A stretch of 64,000 bases of DNA from an uncultured Clostridia bacterium (GCA_934747965.1 CAKVHI010000006.1:14162-78161); one strand, 5' to 3'. Counted from the first letter of the stretch, positions 38,604 to 48,508 are shown. The notes: generated by a model from the letters alone, not told the origin. Numbers and translations are program-made.

Positions 38604-40136
38604 CTAACTTTTCTTCTTTGATTTTTTCTTTAAAATTTTAATATTTTTGAAGTTTACAAGCAGAGCATTAAGTGTGAAGATTTTAAAGATTAGGCATAAA
38701 ATAACAAAAAATACTGCACCGATTATTGAACTTAACGCAATAGAGAAAAATGTTGTGAAGAATTTGCTAAGAATTCCGAAAGTAAATTGATTTATTAAAA
38801 TAGATGGTATTAGAAATAAACACATTTCAAAAGTTTCTTTTAAAATAACTTTTTCGATTTTTAATTCTTTTTTAATCATTTTTAAGTTTAAAAAGCCTGA
38901 AATAGTAAGGGAACCAGCCATGCCAATTAGAAGGGAATATATACCAAAATTTTTTGGAAGCAGAATAATAGATAATATTAAAAATATACTGCCAAATACA
39001 TAATTTTTAAAACTTTTAACTTCAAAACCCAGAGAATTTAAAACGCTAGAAGCAATATCATTTATTCCCATAGGAAGCATAATCATAGCTGAATATTGAA
39101 GCATTATTCCACTTAATTCATTGTTGTAAACAAACGAACCAATTTCTTTTCCAACAGCACAAAAACAAGGAACAAGGAATAAAGAAATAAAAACTGAAAA
39201 AACGAAACTTGTTTTAACTTTTTTTGAAAATTCTTGCATATTATTTTCGGCTTTAAGTTTTGCTAAATCTGGAATTAGTGCCGTGCAAAGCGAGCCTACT
39301 AGGGTGTTAGGTAGATATAAAAGTGGTAATGTCATTCCAAGAGCAATTCCGAAAAGTGAAATTGCTTGGTCGCTTGTGTAACCGACCCGCACAAGCATTA
39401 TTGGCATAATAAAAGATATAAACATTCCACCCAAACTTGAGGCTATTCTAAGCATAGTTATTGGTGTTGATTTTTTTAAAAGAGGTTTGAAATATCCTTT
39501 TGGGTTAGAAAATCTACCTTTGTTTTTAAAATAAAACAGCATACTTAATGTGGTTGCAACAACACACGCTATACTTACAGAAATTGCACAATAAACAATG
39601 CCTTGTTCAACACTTGTCGATGAAGAAACCAAAACGATAATCAAAACAAATTTTATGATTTGTTCAACAAAGTCAACAAGACAGTTTTCAAAATGTTTTT
39701 GTAATCCCCATAAATAGCCCTTAAAACCAACATTTAAACTTGTGGCAATTATGGTAGGAAGAAGAGCGATTAAAACTGAAACTACCAATTCTGAAGATGA
39801 AAGTTTGATAATTAATGGTTTAAAAATCAAAGTGAAGATGCATATAACAACTGCAAGAAGAGTAGAGATAATTGTACCGCTTGTTATGGTTTTACTACTT
39901 TTTACGTAGTCTTTTTCAGCCAAAAAGGTTGCCGAAAATCTTGAAATCGTGAGAGGAATACCACTTGAAACAATAGTAAGGAACACTCCCATTATGCTGC
40001 AAGCAATTTGATAAATTCCAATAATTTCGGCACCGAGTGTTCGACTCATAAATATACGAATAAAAAAGCCTATAATTCGAGTTAAAATAGAAAAAAATGT
40101 GATTATGAAAACGGCTTTAAACAAATTTTTAAACAT
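38604..40136 (-). CDS. MOP-superfamily flippase (SpoVB/MurJ-like polysaccharide or lipid II flippase)
   Basis: About 14 TM helices. N-terminal FFSILTRIIGFFIRIFMSRTLGAEIIGIYQIA is typical of SpoVB/MurJ-type proteins. Confidence 0.7.
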   Translation of the reverse strand: MFKNLFKAVFIITFFSILTRIIGFFIRIFMSRTLGAEIIGIYQIACSIMGVFLTIVSSGIPLTISRFSATFLAEKDYVKSSKTITSGTIISTLLAVVICIFTLIFKPLIIKLSSSELVVSVLIALLPTIIATSLNVGFKGYLWGLQKHFENCLVDFVEQIIKFVLIIVLVSSSTSVEQGIVYCAISVSIACVVATTLSMLFYFKNKGRFSNPKGYFKPLLKKSTPITMLRIASSLGGMFISFIMPIMLVRVGYTSDQAISLFGIALGMTLPLLYLPNTLVGSLCTALIPDLAKLKAENNMQEFSKKVKTSFVFSVFISLFLVPCFCAVGKEIGSFVYNNELSGIMLQYSAMIMLPMGINDIASSVLNSLGFEVKSFKNYVFGSIFLILSIILLPKNFGIYSLLIGMAGSLTISGFLNLKMIKKELKIEKVILKETFEMCLFLIPSILINQFTFGILSKFFTTFFSIALSSIIGAVFFVILCLIFKIFTLNALLVNFKNIKILKKKSKKKS

Positions 40137-40188
40137 AATTAATTATATTGTGATGTTTTTCAAAATATAATAATTCTAAGGAGTTTTT

Positions 40189-40500
40189 ATGGAAATTAAA
40201 GTAATAAAAAACAAAAATTTTATTTATAAAGTTAAAAAAGATGATACGCTTTTAAGCGTATCAACAAAATTTAAAACATTAGAGAGCAAGTTAATAGAAG
40301 ATAATTGCTTGCAGTCAAATGAAATTATGGAAGGAGATTTACTTTATATTTCATGCGAGAATGCTTATATATATGTTGTAAAACCACTTGATAATTTAAA
40401 AAGCATTGCACAAAAATATAATGTTAGCACAAGTTATATTCAAGAAAAAAATGACTTAAAAACTAATAATCTTTTTATAGGTCAAAAGTTGGTAATATAG
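40189..40500 (+). CDS. Protein with two LysM domains
   Basis: YKVKKDDTLLSVSTKF... and YVVKPLDNLKSIAQKYNVSTSYIQEKNDL..IGQKLVI. Confidence 0.75.
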   Translation: MEIKVIKNKNFIYKVKKDDTLLSVSTKFKTLESKLIEDNCLQSNEIMEGDLLYISCENAYIYVVKPLDNLKSIAQKYNVSTSYIQEKNDLKTNNLFIGQKLVI

Positions 40501-40574
40501 TTTGTTTGTTTATTAAAGATTATAGAAATTTCATTCAAAACTTTTTGGTAAAGTAGTTTTGGATATTTGTGTTA

Positions 40575-41153
40575 TTAAATATTTTGTTGGTTAATCTTTT
40601 GGTTAAAATCAAAGCATCTATATCCACCATGCCCAAGTTCAAAGCTTATATAGTTGCTATTTTTTGGAATGCCAAAAAAATAACTCATAAACACAAGTCC
40701 CACACCACCGTGAGAAACAATCAAAACATTTTGATTAGGGTTTTTGCTTAATTCATCAAGCAAGTTAAAAACTCTTTTTTCAACATTAGAGATTGTTTCG
40801 GCTTTTGTATATTTTGTTTTAGAGTTAATATTCCAAAAATCGGTGAAATCAAATTCTTTTCTGGTTAAGCCTTCAAATTCACCAAAATCACGTTCAATAA
40901 GCCTTAAATCTGTTTCAATTTTATAATTCTTGTTGCATATAATTTCGCAAGTTTGCCTTGCTCTTAAAAGTGGGCTAGACAAAACTCTGTCAAATTTAAC
41001 ATCTTTTAAAGTTTCTCTAAGTTTATATGCTTGCTCTAAACCATGGTTATTTAGGGCTAAGTCTTTAAGACCTTGACATTTAGGGTCTATTTTTCCATTT
41101 TCATTTACATAATCATTCCAGTCTGTTGACCCATGTCTGACAAAATAAATCAT
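40575..41153 (-). CDS. Histidine phosphatase family protein (phosphoglycerate mutase-like)
   Basis: N-terminal IYFVRHGSTDWN (RHG motif), SSPLLRARQT, and a distal VSHGG. Confidence 0.8.
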   Translation of the reverse strand: MIYFVRHGSTDWNDYVNENGKIDPKCQGLKDLALNNHGLEQAYKLRETLKDVKFDRVLSSPLLRARQTCEIICNKNYKIETDLRLIERDFGEFEGLTRKEFDFTDFWNINSKTKYTKAETISNVEKRVFNLLDELSKNPNQNVLIVSHGGVGLVFMSYFFGIPKNSNYISFELGHGGYRCFDFNQKINQQNI

Positions 41154-41231
41154 AATTATCCTTTGTTGTTAATTTTTATTATTATTGCAATTATAATAAA
41201 ATTTGTCAATTAAATATTCTAATAATTTATT

Positions 41232-41260
41232 AAAAAGCGAGAGGTTTTAAACCTCTCGCT
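41232..41260 (-). terminator. Intrinsic terminator of the 1065-aa gene
   Basis: AGCGAGAGGTT-tta-AACCTCTCGCT (11-bp stem), with the T-run on the minus strand. Confidence 0.85.
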
Positions 41261-41265
41261 AACTA

Positions 41266-44200
41266 TTATTTCTTTTTATTTTTTAACTTTTTTTCTCTTT
41301 TTTCTTTTTTCTCTTGCTTAAGTTGTTTTTTGTAAGCTTTCCATTCTTCAACAAGTAGGCGTTCTTCTTCAAGAATTGCATCAATTTCTTTTTCAATTTC
41401 AAGATATTTTTGCATTAATTCTTCACGATTTGCTTGATATTTTTCTTTTCTTAATTGTTTAACCCTATTTTTAGCTTCAAGTTTAAACCTTTTGGCTTCG
41501 TTTTTAGCTTCTAAAGTGTTTACATCAGAGTAAGATTGCTTAATCTTAGCATCAACTTTTTCGTGTTCTTCTTTAATTTCTTGTTTTAAAGATTTACTGT
41601 TTTTGTATTCGTTTTTATTTTGTTGAATTTCATTTTCAAGCTCTTCTAAACGTTTTCTTAATTCGTTTAGTTTTTCTTCTCGTTGTTTTATTCTTTCACG
41701 CTTTTCATATTCTTTCACAACAGTTTTTGCTCTGTCATAATCTTTAACTTTTGCCTTAACTGGCATTTTGAAGTTAATTTTTCTGATTAACAAGCCAATC
41801 ATAGCAATTAACAATGCAATACCAATTATCAAACTTGGAACAACAAGCCAGTCAAAATTTAATGCGCTTGAATTATCTTGATTGTTGTTATTGTCGTTAT
41901 TTGTTGTGTTTGTATCGCCAATTATTAAAGTTTTTGTGTCATTTTCTGTTTTATTTTTCTTGGCTTCATTAAAAGCATCTTCGCTAATTTGATTTACAGT
42001 TAAGTTGTCAAAGAATGCATAGCCACTTGTCAATGCATTTTCATTTCCAAGGCTTAAATTGAAATAAATTGTTGTATCATTTGTTGCACTAACAAAGAAA
42101 GTGTAGGTAGAGAAGTTATCATTTTCTTGAATTTCTGCGATTTCAGCATTAATTCCACTTAAACTTACTTTAGCACCGATTTTATAAAGATTTCCTTTAT
42201 CGTCATATTGTTTGTTTGCATCATCTTGTTTTAAGTTATATGTTCTTACACTTGCAGTAATTTTGTAATAATTTTCATTTGAAAGTTTGTAACCATTTGA
42301 TTTTAAAGTGTAATAAGCATCTTGCTTGTTGTGAATAACCAAAACATAATCGTTATCTCCACTAACATCGGCAGGGTAGGTGTTAATATTAACAATACCT
42401 GCTTCAATTTCGGCTGTTAGGCTTGAATTTTTTGTGCCTGTGAAATTGTCCGCAGAGAATATTTTGTTTGTGCTATTTTCGCTTCTTAGGCTAAAATCAA
42501 TTTTTGTTAAATCACATTTTTGAGTTAAATTAGAATTTGTTATATTGTTGAACACTTCTTCAGTAGAATCGGCAATAGAGAAGTTGTCGATATAACAATA
42601 GCCTTTTTCTTGTTTTTGGTTGTTTCCTAAACTTACTGTAATGTTTGCCTCTAAATCGCTAGTAGAAGTTAAAACATAAAAACTTACAGTTTGCCAAGCA
42701 TTATTTGTGTTTATATTAAATAATTTTCCAATAGAATTTCCGTCTGAATTTTTAACAACAACATCAACGCCGTTAAACAAAATTGCATTTGTGTTAATTT
42801 CAAAACTAATTTTGTAGTATTTTTTAGTTTCTAGGGTAGAAGCAGTTAATGCAAAATTACTGCTTTTTAAACTTTGATAACCAGCATCTTGGTTTGCCAT
42901 AACAAAAACATTTTGATAATCTAAATATTCATTAATAATTCCGTTATAGTTGTTGCTGTTATCATCTTTTGTTACAGTCCAATCTTTTGCTTTGAATGGG
43001 CTAGTTTCGTTCGTTGTTTCAAAATCTATATTGTTAAATGAACTGTTTGTAATGCTGTCTGTTCCACTAAAACCAGTAAAATCGGCAGTTTTACAATTTG
43101 AACTTGATGAATTGTTACTAAAATCTTTTGAAGTTATTTCAAAAAGTTTGATGTTATCAAAAAATACATAACCAATGGCTTTTTCTTCTAAGCCAAGTGT
43201 TAAAGTAGCATAAGAATCTTTAAAAGCATTGCCAGTAATAAAGAATGAGTAGGTAATCCAATCGTTTGTGGCTTCATTAGTTTTGTCGCTTGTTGAAACT
43301 CCTGAAAAACTTACGCTTGCTGGTGTAAATTTATATCCTTCGCTGTAAGGATTTTTTTGTTCAAGTTTAATTTCAGCCCCGCCATTTGAGAAACTTGAAG
43401 TTTTAACATCTATTGAAAGTTTATAAAGTTTATGTCTTTCAATTAAAATGTCATTAGATACAAAAGCAGTGTAAGCTGAATTGTAGTGGCTAATTAACAA
43501 TGCTTTTGTGTTGTTGGCTCTGTTTGCACTTGTAGGGTCAACTACATTATTGATTGTGTTGTCAAAATTATTTCCAATACCAACAACTTTTGCAACATTG
43601 TTAACTGTGCTTGTTGAAGATGAAGAAGAAATTGTAAAGTCCAGGCCAGAGTTTTCAAAGTCCCCATTCAAAATTCCGTTAGAAGCAGAAACATCTTTAT
43701 TTGTTAAAGTAATAACTTTGTTTGTTGTTAAAGTGCTTCCAATTTCATTATAATATTGTTTTTCATTCAATTTGTATGCGTTAATGTTGTCAAAGAATAC
43801 TGCGCCAGCGCTTGAGTAGCTGTTTTTAGAGCCAATAAACATAACAAATTTTACAGTTTGACTTTGGTCGTTAGTGTGAATGTAAAAACGATATTCTTTC
43901 CAGTTTCCACGAGTTGAAATATTTTCCATCTTGCTGTTTTCAAGATTGTCTAGTGTTTCATTTGAAAGATACAAACTAGCAGAACTTGCAATGCCATCAG
44001 TTTCAAATTGAGTGTAAACTAAGCAACTAACAAAATAATAACTATTTTTTTCTAGGTTAAATGTTGATGATTCATAACCATAACTAGATTTTAAATTTTT
44101 GTTGTTTATCATCAAAATTTTGTTATCTTCGCAAACTTTTGGTTTTGATGGGTTAAAGTCTAGTTTATAATCTTCTTTATAATCATTGAATTTATTAACA

Positions 44201-44463
44201 TCAACATCAATAACCCCGCTTACTGTGCTGTTTTCAGAGCCAACGGCGGTAAATGAATTAGGCTTAGATAAACCCGATTGAGTGTTGCTAGTAAAATCTG
44301 AATTTGGTATGCTAATTTGTTTATAGGATGCAACATCTGCAAAAACTTCATTTTTGGATATGCCCACATAAGAAAGCACACCCATAAAACTTGTAAAAAC
44401 TAGCAATAAAACTAAAATTGAAATTAGAAATTGTTTTTTAATATTTGTTGTAATTTTTTTCAT
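41266..44463 (-). CDS. Type I membrane protein (1065 aa): signal peptide, four CBM-like jelly-roll modules, TM helix, and a roughly 200-aa Lys/Glu-rich coiled-coil cytoplasmic tail
   Basis: There are four module ends: GAVFFDNINAYKL, GYVFFDNIKLFEI, GYCYIDNFSIADS and GYAFFDNLTVNQI. Module starts look like NSDF/NGDFEN/NSSFNN. An Asn-rich linker precedes the TM helix LVVPSLIIGIALLIAMIGLLI, and the tail is KE-rich. Confidence 0.8.
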   Translation of the reverse strand: MKKITTNIKKQFLISILVLLLVFTSFMGVLSYVGISKNEVFADVASYKQISIPNSDFTSNTQSGLSKPNSFTAVGSENSTVSGVIDVDVNKFNDYKEDYKLDFNPSKPKVCEDNKILMINNKNLKSSYGYESSTFNLEKNSYYFVSCLVYTQFETDGIASSASLYLSNETLDNLENSKMENISTRGNWKEYRFYIHTNDQSQTVKFVMFIGSKNSYSSAGAVFFDNINAYKLNEKQYYNEIGSTLTTNKVITLTNKDVSASNGILNGDFENSGLDFTISSSSSTSTVNNVAKVVGIGNNFDNTINNVVDPTSANRANNTKALLISHYNSAYTAFVSNDILIERHKLYKLSIDVKTSSFSNGGAEIKLEQKNPYSEGYKFTPASVSFSGVSTSDKTNEATNDWITYSFFITGNAFKDSYATLTLGLEEKAIGYVFFDNIKLFEITSKDFSNNSSSSNCKTADFTGFSGTDSITNSSFNNIDFETTNETSPFKAKDWTVTKDDNSNNYNGIINEYLDYQNVFVMANQDAGYQSLKSSNFALTASTLETKKYYKISFEINTNAILFNGVDVVVKNSDGNSIGKLFNINTNNAWQTVSFYVLTSTSDLEANITVSLGNNQKQEKGYCYIDNFSIADSTEEVFNNITNSNLTQKCDLTKIDFSLRSENSTNKIFSADNFTGTKNSSLTAEIEAGIVNINTYPADVSGDNDYVLVIHNKQDAYYTLKSNGYKLSNENYYKITASVRTYNLKQDDANKQYDDKGNLYKIGAKVSLSGINAEIAEIQENDNFSTYTFFVSATNDTTIYFNLSLGNENALTSGYAFFDNLTVNQISEDAFNEAKKNKTENDTKTLIIGDTNTTNNDNNNNQDNSSALNFDWLVVPSLIIGIALLIAMIGLLIRKINFKMPVKAKVKDYDRAKTVVKEYEKRERIKQREEKLNELRKRLEELENEIQQNKNEYKNSKSLKQEIKEEHEKVDAKIKQSYSDVNTLEAKNEAKRFKLEAKNRVKQLRKEKYQANREELMQKYLEIEKEIDAILEEERLLVEEWKAYKKQLKQEKKEKREKKLKNKKK

Positions 44464-44568
44464 AATAACTTCCTTTAATTTGATTAACTAACTAAGTATA
44501 TATTAAATATAAATTTTTTGCAAATAAATTTAATTATAAAAATATTTTTTTTGTTAAAAATTTTTAAT

Positions 44569-44943
44569 ATGTCAAATTCAAAGTCTAAAAAATCTTTAAT
44601 AATAATTAGTTTGATTAGCGGTGTGTTTGTTGGTTTTGTAAACGGTTTTTTTGGTGGCGGTGGCGGAATGATTGTCGTTCCTGTGCTAATATTTTTGTTA
44701 GGTCTTGAAGAAAAAGTGGCACATGCAACCGCAATATTGATTATTTTACCATTAAGTATAACCAGTTCAATAATTTATATAACAAAAGGCGGATTTGAAT
44801 TTTCAAATTTGGCTTTAACAACAGTAGGTGTTATATTAGGTGGAATAATAGGCTCGTTTGCTTTAAAAAAAATAAATAACACGGCTTTAAGATTTGTTTT
44901 TGCCTTTATTATGATCGTGGCGGGAATAAAATTAATGTTTTAG
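44569..44943 (+). CDS. TauE/SafE (TSUP) family half-size permease, subunit 1
   Basis: GFFGGGGGMIVVPVLIF motif, about 4 TM helices. ATG 44569 chosen over the track's upstream start. Confidence 0.65.
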   Translation: MSNSKSKKSLIIISLISGVFVGFVNGFFGGGGGMIVVPVLIFLLGLEEKVAHATAILIILPLSITSSIIYITKGGFEFSNLALTTVGVILGGIIGSFALKKINNTALRFVFAFIMIVAGIKLMF

Positions 44944-44974
44944 AAACTTATGGGTTAAAAAATAAAGGGAAATT

Positions 44975-45379
44975 ATGGAATTTTTATTAATTTTGTTTGG
45001 GTTAATTGGTGGAATTTTGGGTGGAATGGGAATGGGCGGAGGCACATTACTAATTCCTCTTCTTACAATATTTGGTGGGTTAAATCAAATTGAAAGTCAA
45101 GCAATAAATTTGATTTCTTTTTCAATAATGGCAATAATTTCAATAATAATCCATGCAAAAAACAAATTGATTAATTTTAAAGTTGCCCTTCCATTAATTC
45201 TTTCAGGTGTGGCATTTTCAGTGCTTGGCTCGCTGATTGCAAATTCAATTAACACAACAACACTAAAAAGTTTGTTTGGCGTTTTTTTGGTTGCCCTTGG
45301 CTTGTTTCAAGGGGCAAGTTTTTTCATATTTGACAATAAAAAAACAAAAACGAAAGCGAAAAAGCCAAATAAAAAATAA
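44975..45379 (+). CDS. TauE/SafE (TSUP) family half-size permease, subunit 2
   Basis: GGMGMGGGTLLIPLLTIF motif, about 4 TM helices, SD AAAGGGA. Confidence 0.65.
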   Translation: MEFLLILFGLIGGILGGMGMGGGTLLIPLLTIFGGLNQIESQAINLISFSIMAIISIIIHAKNKLINFKVALPLILSGVAFSVLGSLIANSINTTTLKSLFGVFLVALGLFQGASFFIFDNKKTKTKAKKPNKK

Positions 45380-45451
45380 TTTTTTCTTTAAAAATTGTAG
45401 AAAACTTAAAAATAGTAGATTTTGTTCTTGAAATTTTGTTATAATTTTACT

Positions 45452-46576
45452 ATGAGGAAATTTAGAATAAAAAATTTTAAAGTTGATAATTTTGAAATAA
45501 AAACTTTTGCACCAAACAAAGTTTTTGTAAGCAATTATTTGCTAAATTTAAGTTTTGATATTTTAATTAAAACGGGTGATTATGTTGAAGAAGGACAAGT
45601 TTTGATGCAAAAAAACAACCAAAAAATTTTTAGCCCTATAAGTGGTAAAGTTTTGGGTGTTAAACTTGATAAAGATATAAAAAATGAACTTGTTTATTAC
45701 ATAGAAATTGAAAATGATTTTAAAAGAAAACAAGTTTTTTTTGAAAAACCCAAACTAGAAAATAAAGATGATTTAATTAACATCTGTGAAAATTTTGGAT
45801 TAGTTTCTTGTTATGATTTTGCATCAAATTTAGTCAAAAAAACAAAAAAAACTTTGATTGTTAATGCTTATGATTTGCCCTTTGTTTTTAACAATAAAAC
45901 TATCATCACTAATCACGAAAGTAGCATCAAAGAAGTGTTGAATCTGATTTCAAAAAAGTGTGGTTATAAAAAGATTTTATTTTGTTGCAATAGGCAAGAT
46001 AAAAATATGTATAAATCAATCTTTAAAAACAAAAAAAGTTTTTTAAACACGCAAAAATTAGTTATAATTTCATTACAAAATAAAAATGGATTAACTTTGT
46101 TTGATTTGCTGAATATATTTAATGCTTTAAGTGGAAAGTGCCAAACCGAAACGCTTGTTAGTGTTTTTGGAGGGAGTATTAAAAATAGTGGTGTTTTGAA
46201 AATTAAATTCGGAACAAAAATTTGTGATATAATCTCTTTTTTGGGTGGATTTAAACAAAACATAGAAGAGATAGAAGATTTTAAATATATGAGCATGGTT
46301 GCATTTAATGATGAAATGAAATTAAAACAGAAAATAAAGGCTTCAAAAAATTTGCTTGACAAGCAAAAACTTGAAAAAATGCTTGAAGAAAAACAGCATG
46401 AAGCCTATAACAATATTTTTTCTAAGATTGATGAATACCACACTAAATATTTAAATTGTTTGTCGGCTTGCTTATTAGACAGCAAAAAATCAAGAATGTT
46501 TACAAAAAATTTTGATTTGTCATTGTCGCTTAATAATTTCGGACTTTATTTTCTAAGTTTTAATGAATTTAATTAA
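45452..46576 (+). CDS. RnfC-like protein lacking all cofactor-binding motifs
   Basis: It keeps an RnfC_N barrel (IKTGDYVEEGQVL...FSPISGKVLGVK) and an SLBB-like LVSVFGGSIKNSGVLKIKFGTKICDIISFLGG. GLVSCYDFASNL replaces GIVGLGGAxFPT, LIVNAYDLPF replaces IINGAECEPY, and there are no CxxCxxCxxxCP clusters. Confidence 0.6.
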   Translation: MRKFRIKNFKVDNFEIKTFAPNKVFVSNYLLNLSFDILIKTGDYVEEGQVLMQKNNQKIFSPISGKVLGVKLDKDIKNELVYYIEIENDFKRKQVFFEKPKLENKDDLINICENFGLVSCYDFASNLVKKTKKTLIVNAYDLPFVFNNKTIITNHESSIKEVLNLISKKCGYKKILFCCNRQDKNMYKSIFKNKKSFLNTQKLVIISLQNKNGLTLFDLLNIFNALSGKCQTETLVSVFGGSIKNSGVLKIKFGTKICDIISFLGGFKQNIEEIEDFKYMSMVAFNDEMKLKQKIKASKNLLDKQKLEKMLEEKQHEAYNNIFSKIDEYHTKYLNCLSACLLDSKKSRMFTKNFDLSLSLNNFGLYFLSFNEFN

Positions 46577-46720
46577 AAATTTTGAACTTTGTTTAATAAA
46601 AACCAGTAATTATTTGTTTAAAATATGATGTGTTTTGTAAAAAAACATTAAATAATTTATTAAAAAAGGTTGAAAAAATTTTTTTATATGATATAATAAA
46701 CATAGATTTTAGGAGATATT

Positions 46721-46918
46721 ATGAAATCAACCAAAGATTTGGAAAATGAAGTTAAAGGGCTTCTTGCTGGTTTTAATTGCGGGGCCTGTGGATATGGCGA
46801 TTGTGCAGGGCTTGCCAAAGCGATTGTTTGCAAAAAAGCAACAGCAAGTGAATGTTTGCCTATTGATGAAGAAAATATTGAAAAAGTAGACAAACTTATT
46901 GAGAATAATAAAGATTAA
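46721..46918 (+). CDS. Small Fe-S cluster protein (RnfB N-terminal-type 4Fe-4S domain)
   Basis: NCGACGYGDCAGLAKAIVCKKATASEC, i.e. the CxxCx4C...C signature of the RnfB/putative Fe-S domain. SD AGGAG. Confidence 0.65.
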   Translation: MKSTKDLENEVKGLLAGFNCGACGYGDCAGLAKAIVCKKATASECLPIDEENIEKVDKLIENNKD

Positions 46919-46974
46919 TAAACTAAATTTGACAAACATTTTTTGTTTGCAAATATTGATAAAGGAAGAATTAT

Positions 46975-48486
46975 ATGAAAAACATAGCAGTTATTGAACT
47001 TGATATGACAAATATTAAATTAACCATTGCGAGTGTTGTTAAAAACTCTGTTGTAGTCTTAAATCAAGTTAATGAACCAATTAATTTTGTTGATGATATG
47101 GACAAAGATGAAATTATCAAGGCACCAAAAATTAACGAAACTATTGAAATATGCCAAAGTTTTAAGAGCTTATGCGATGCTTACGAAGTTGTTGAAATAA
47201 CTTGTTTAAGCCACAGAGATTTTTATGATTTTAAAAACGAAGTTAGTTTTTACGAACAAATTTATGCAAAATGCGGTTTAAAATTTAAAGAAATGACCGA
47301 GGAAGAAGAAGTTAATGGCTTTTATTTTGCGGCAATAAACAGTGTTGATGTTTCAAGAGGAATTTTGTTTTGTGTTAACTTAACAGACACAGTTATTTTG
47401 AATTTTTCAAAGCGTAGTGTTTTTGAAAAATCAGTTTTAAAGTATGGAACTTTGAACACTCTTAAAAAATTAGGTCTTGAAAATGTTGCACCAAATGAAA
47501 TGCTAGACAAAGTTTACAAATTCTTTATTAATGAACTTTCAAAAATAAGTTGGCTTAAAAATATCGAACCCGAGGTTTCTGTTATTGGAATGGGAAAATA
47601 TTTTTTAAGTATTTCAAAACTTGCCAGGAAGTTAACAAAATATCCACTAGATATTGAAAATATGTATGCATTAAACAAATCAGACTTTGATTTGACTTAT
47701 AATTTCGTGTCTGGTTTAGATCTTGACAAATCTAAAAAAATCAAAGGTATTTCTCAAGACAGGGCAGACTTGTTTGCTTGCAGTCTTGCAATTTACAAAG
47801 CCATTTTTGAAGTGTTTAGTTATTCAACACTTTATGCTTCAAAACTAGATTTTAGTGAAGGCGAACTTCATTATTTGGCTAATCCAAGTTTAACAGACAA
47901 GCCTTATCCTGATATTTTGGGAAATTCACTTGATATTATCAACGAATTTTACACACCAAAACCTAATAATAACGCTCATGTGTATTACTTGACAGTTATA
48001 TTATACAAACAACTTAAAGTGCTTCACAAACTTCCAAGAACTTATGTTAAAGCATTAAGAATTGCTTCTAATTTGTATAATTGTGGTATGCGTGTTAATT
48101 TCTACGAAAAAAACAGAGCAGGCTACAGCATTGTTTTAAATTCGCACATTATGGGTGCAAGTCATAGAGATATTGTTCTTGCTGCTTTTATTTTGCTTTG
48201 TACAAAACTTGACGATTTTAATTTGTCTGAATGGGTTAGATATAAGAATTTATTAACAGAAGAAGATATTGATGCTGTAAAAAAACTTGCTGTGATTGTC
48301 AACTTGGCTGAAAGTCTTGACAAATTTAGAAAGAGCAGAATAATAGACATGACTTGTGATTTGTTAGGAGATTCTATTATAATAAAAACTCAAACAGAAA
48401 GCCCTGCTACATTGGAAATTAGGGAAGGAATGAAAAACATATCTGATTTTAAAAAGGTGTTTAAAAAAAATTTAGAATTGTTATAA
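46975..48486 (+). CDS. Ppx/GppA-family homologue with degenerate phosphate-binding and HD motifs
   Basis: Collinear with Ppx/GppA. IAVIELDMTNIKLTIA replaces AAIDIGSNSxRL, CVNLTDTVIL replaces DIGGGSTE, and ASNLYNCGMRVN replaces AALLHDIGK. Confidence 0.55.
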   Translation: MKNIAVIELDMTNIKLTIASVVKNSVVVLNQVNEPINFVDDMDKDEIIKAPKINETIEICQSFKSLCDAYEVVEITCLSHRDFYDFKNEVSFYEQIYAKCGLKFKEMTEEEEVNGFYFAAINSVDVSRGILFCVNLTDTVILNFSKRSVFEKSVLKYGTLNTLKKLGLENVAPNEMLDKVYKFFINELSKISWLKNIEPEVSVIGMGKYFLSISKLARKLTKYPLDIENMYALNKSDFDLTYNFVSGLDLDKSKKIKGISQDRADLFACSLAIYKAIFEVFSYSTLYASKLDFSEGELHYLANPSLTDKPYPDILGNSLDIINEFYTPKPNNNAHVYYLTVILYKQLKVLHKLPRTYVKALRIASNLYNCGMRVNFYEKNRAGYSIVLNSHIMGASHRDIVLAAFILLCTKLDDFNLSEWVRYKNLLTEEDIDAVKKLAVIVNLAESLDKFRKSRIIDMTCDLLGDSIIIKTQTESPATLEIREGMKNISDFKKVFKKNLELL

Positions 48487-48508
48487 AATTTGCTAATATT
48501 AATAAAAA

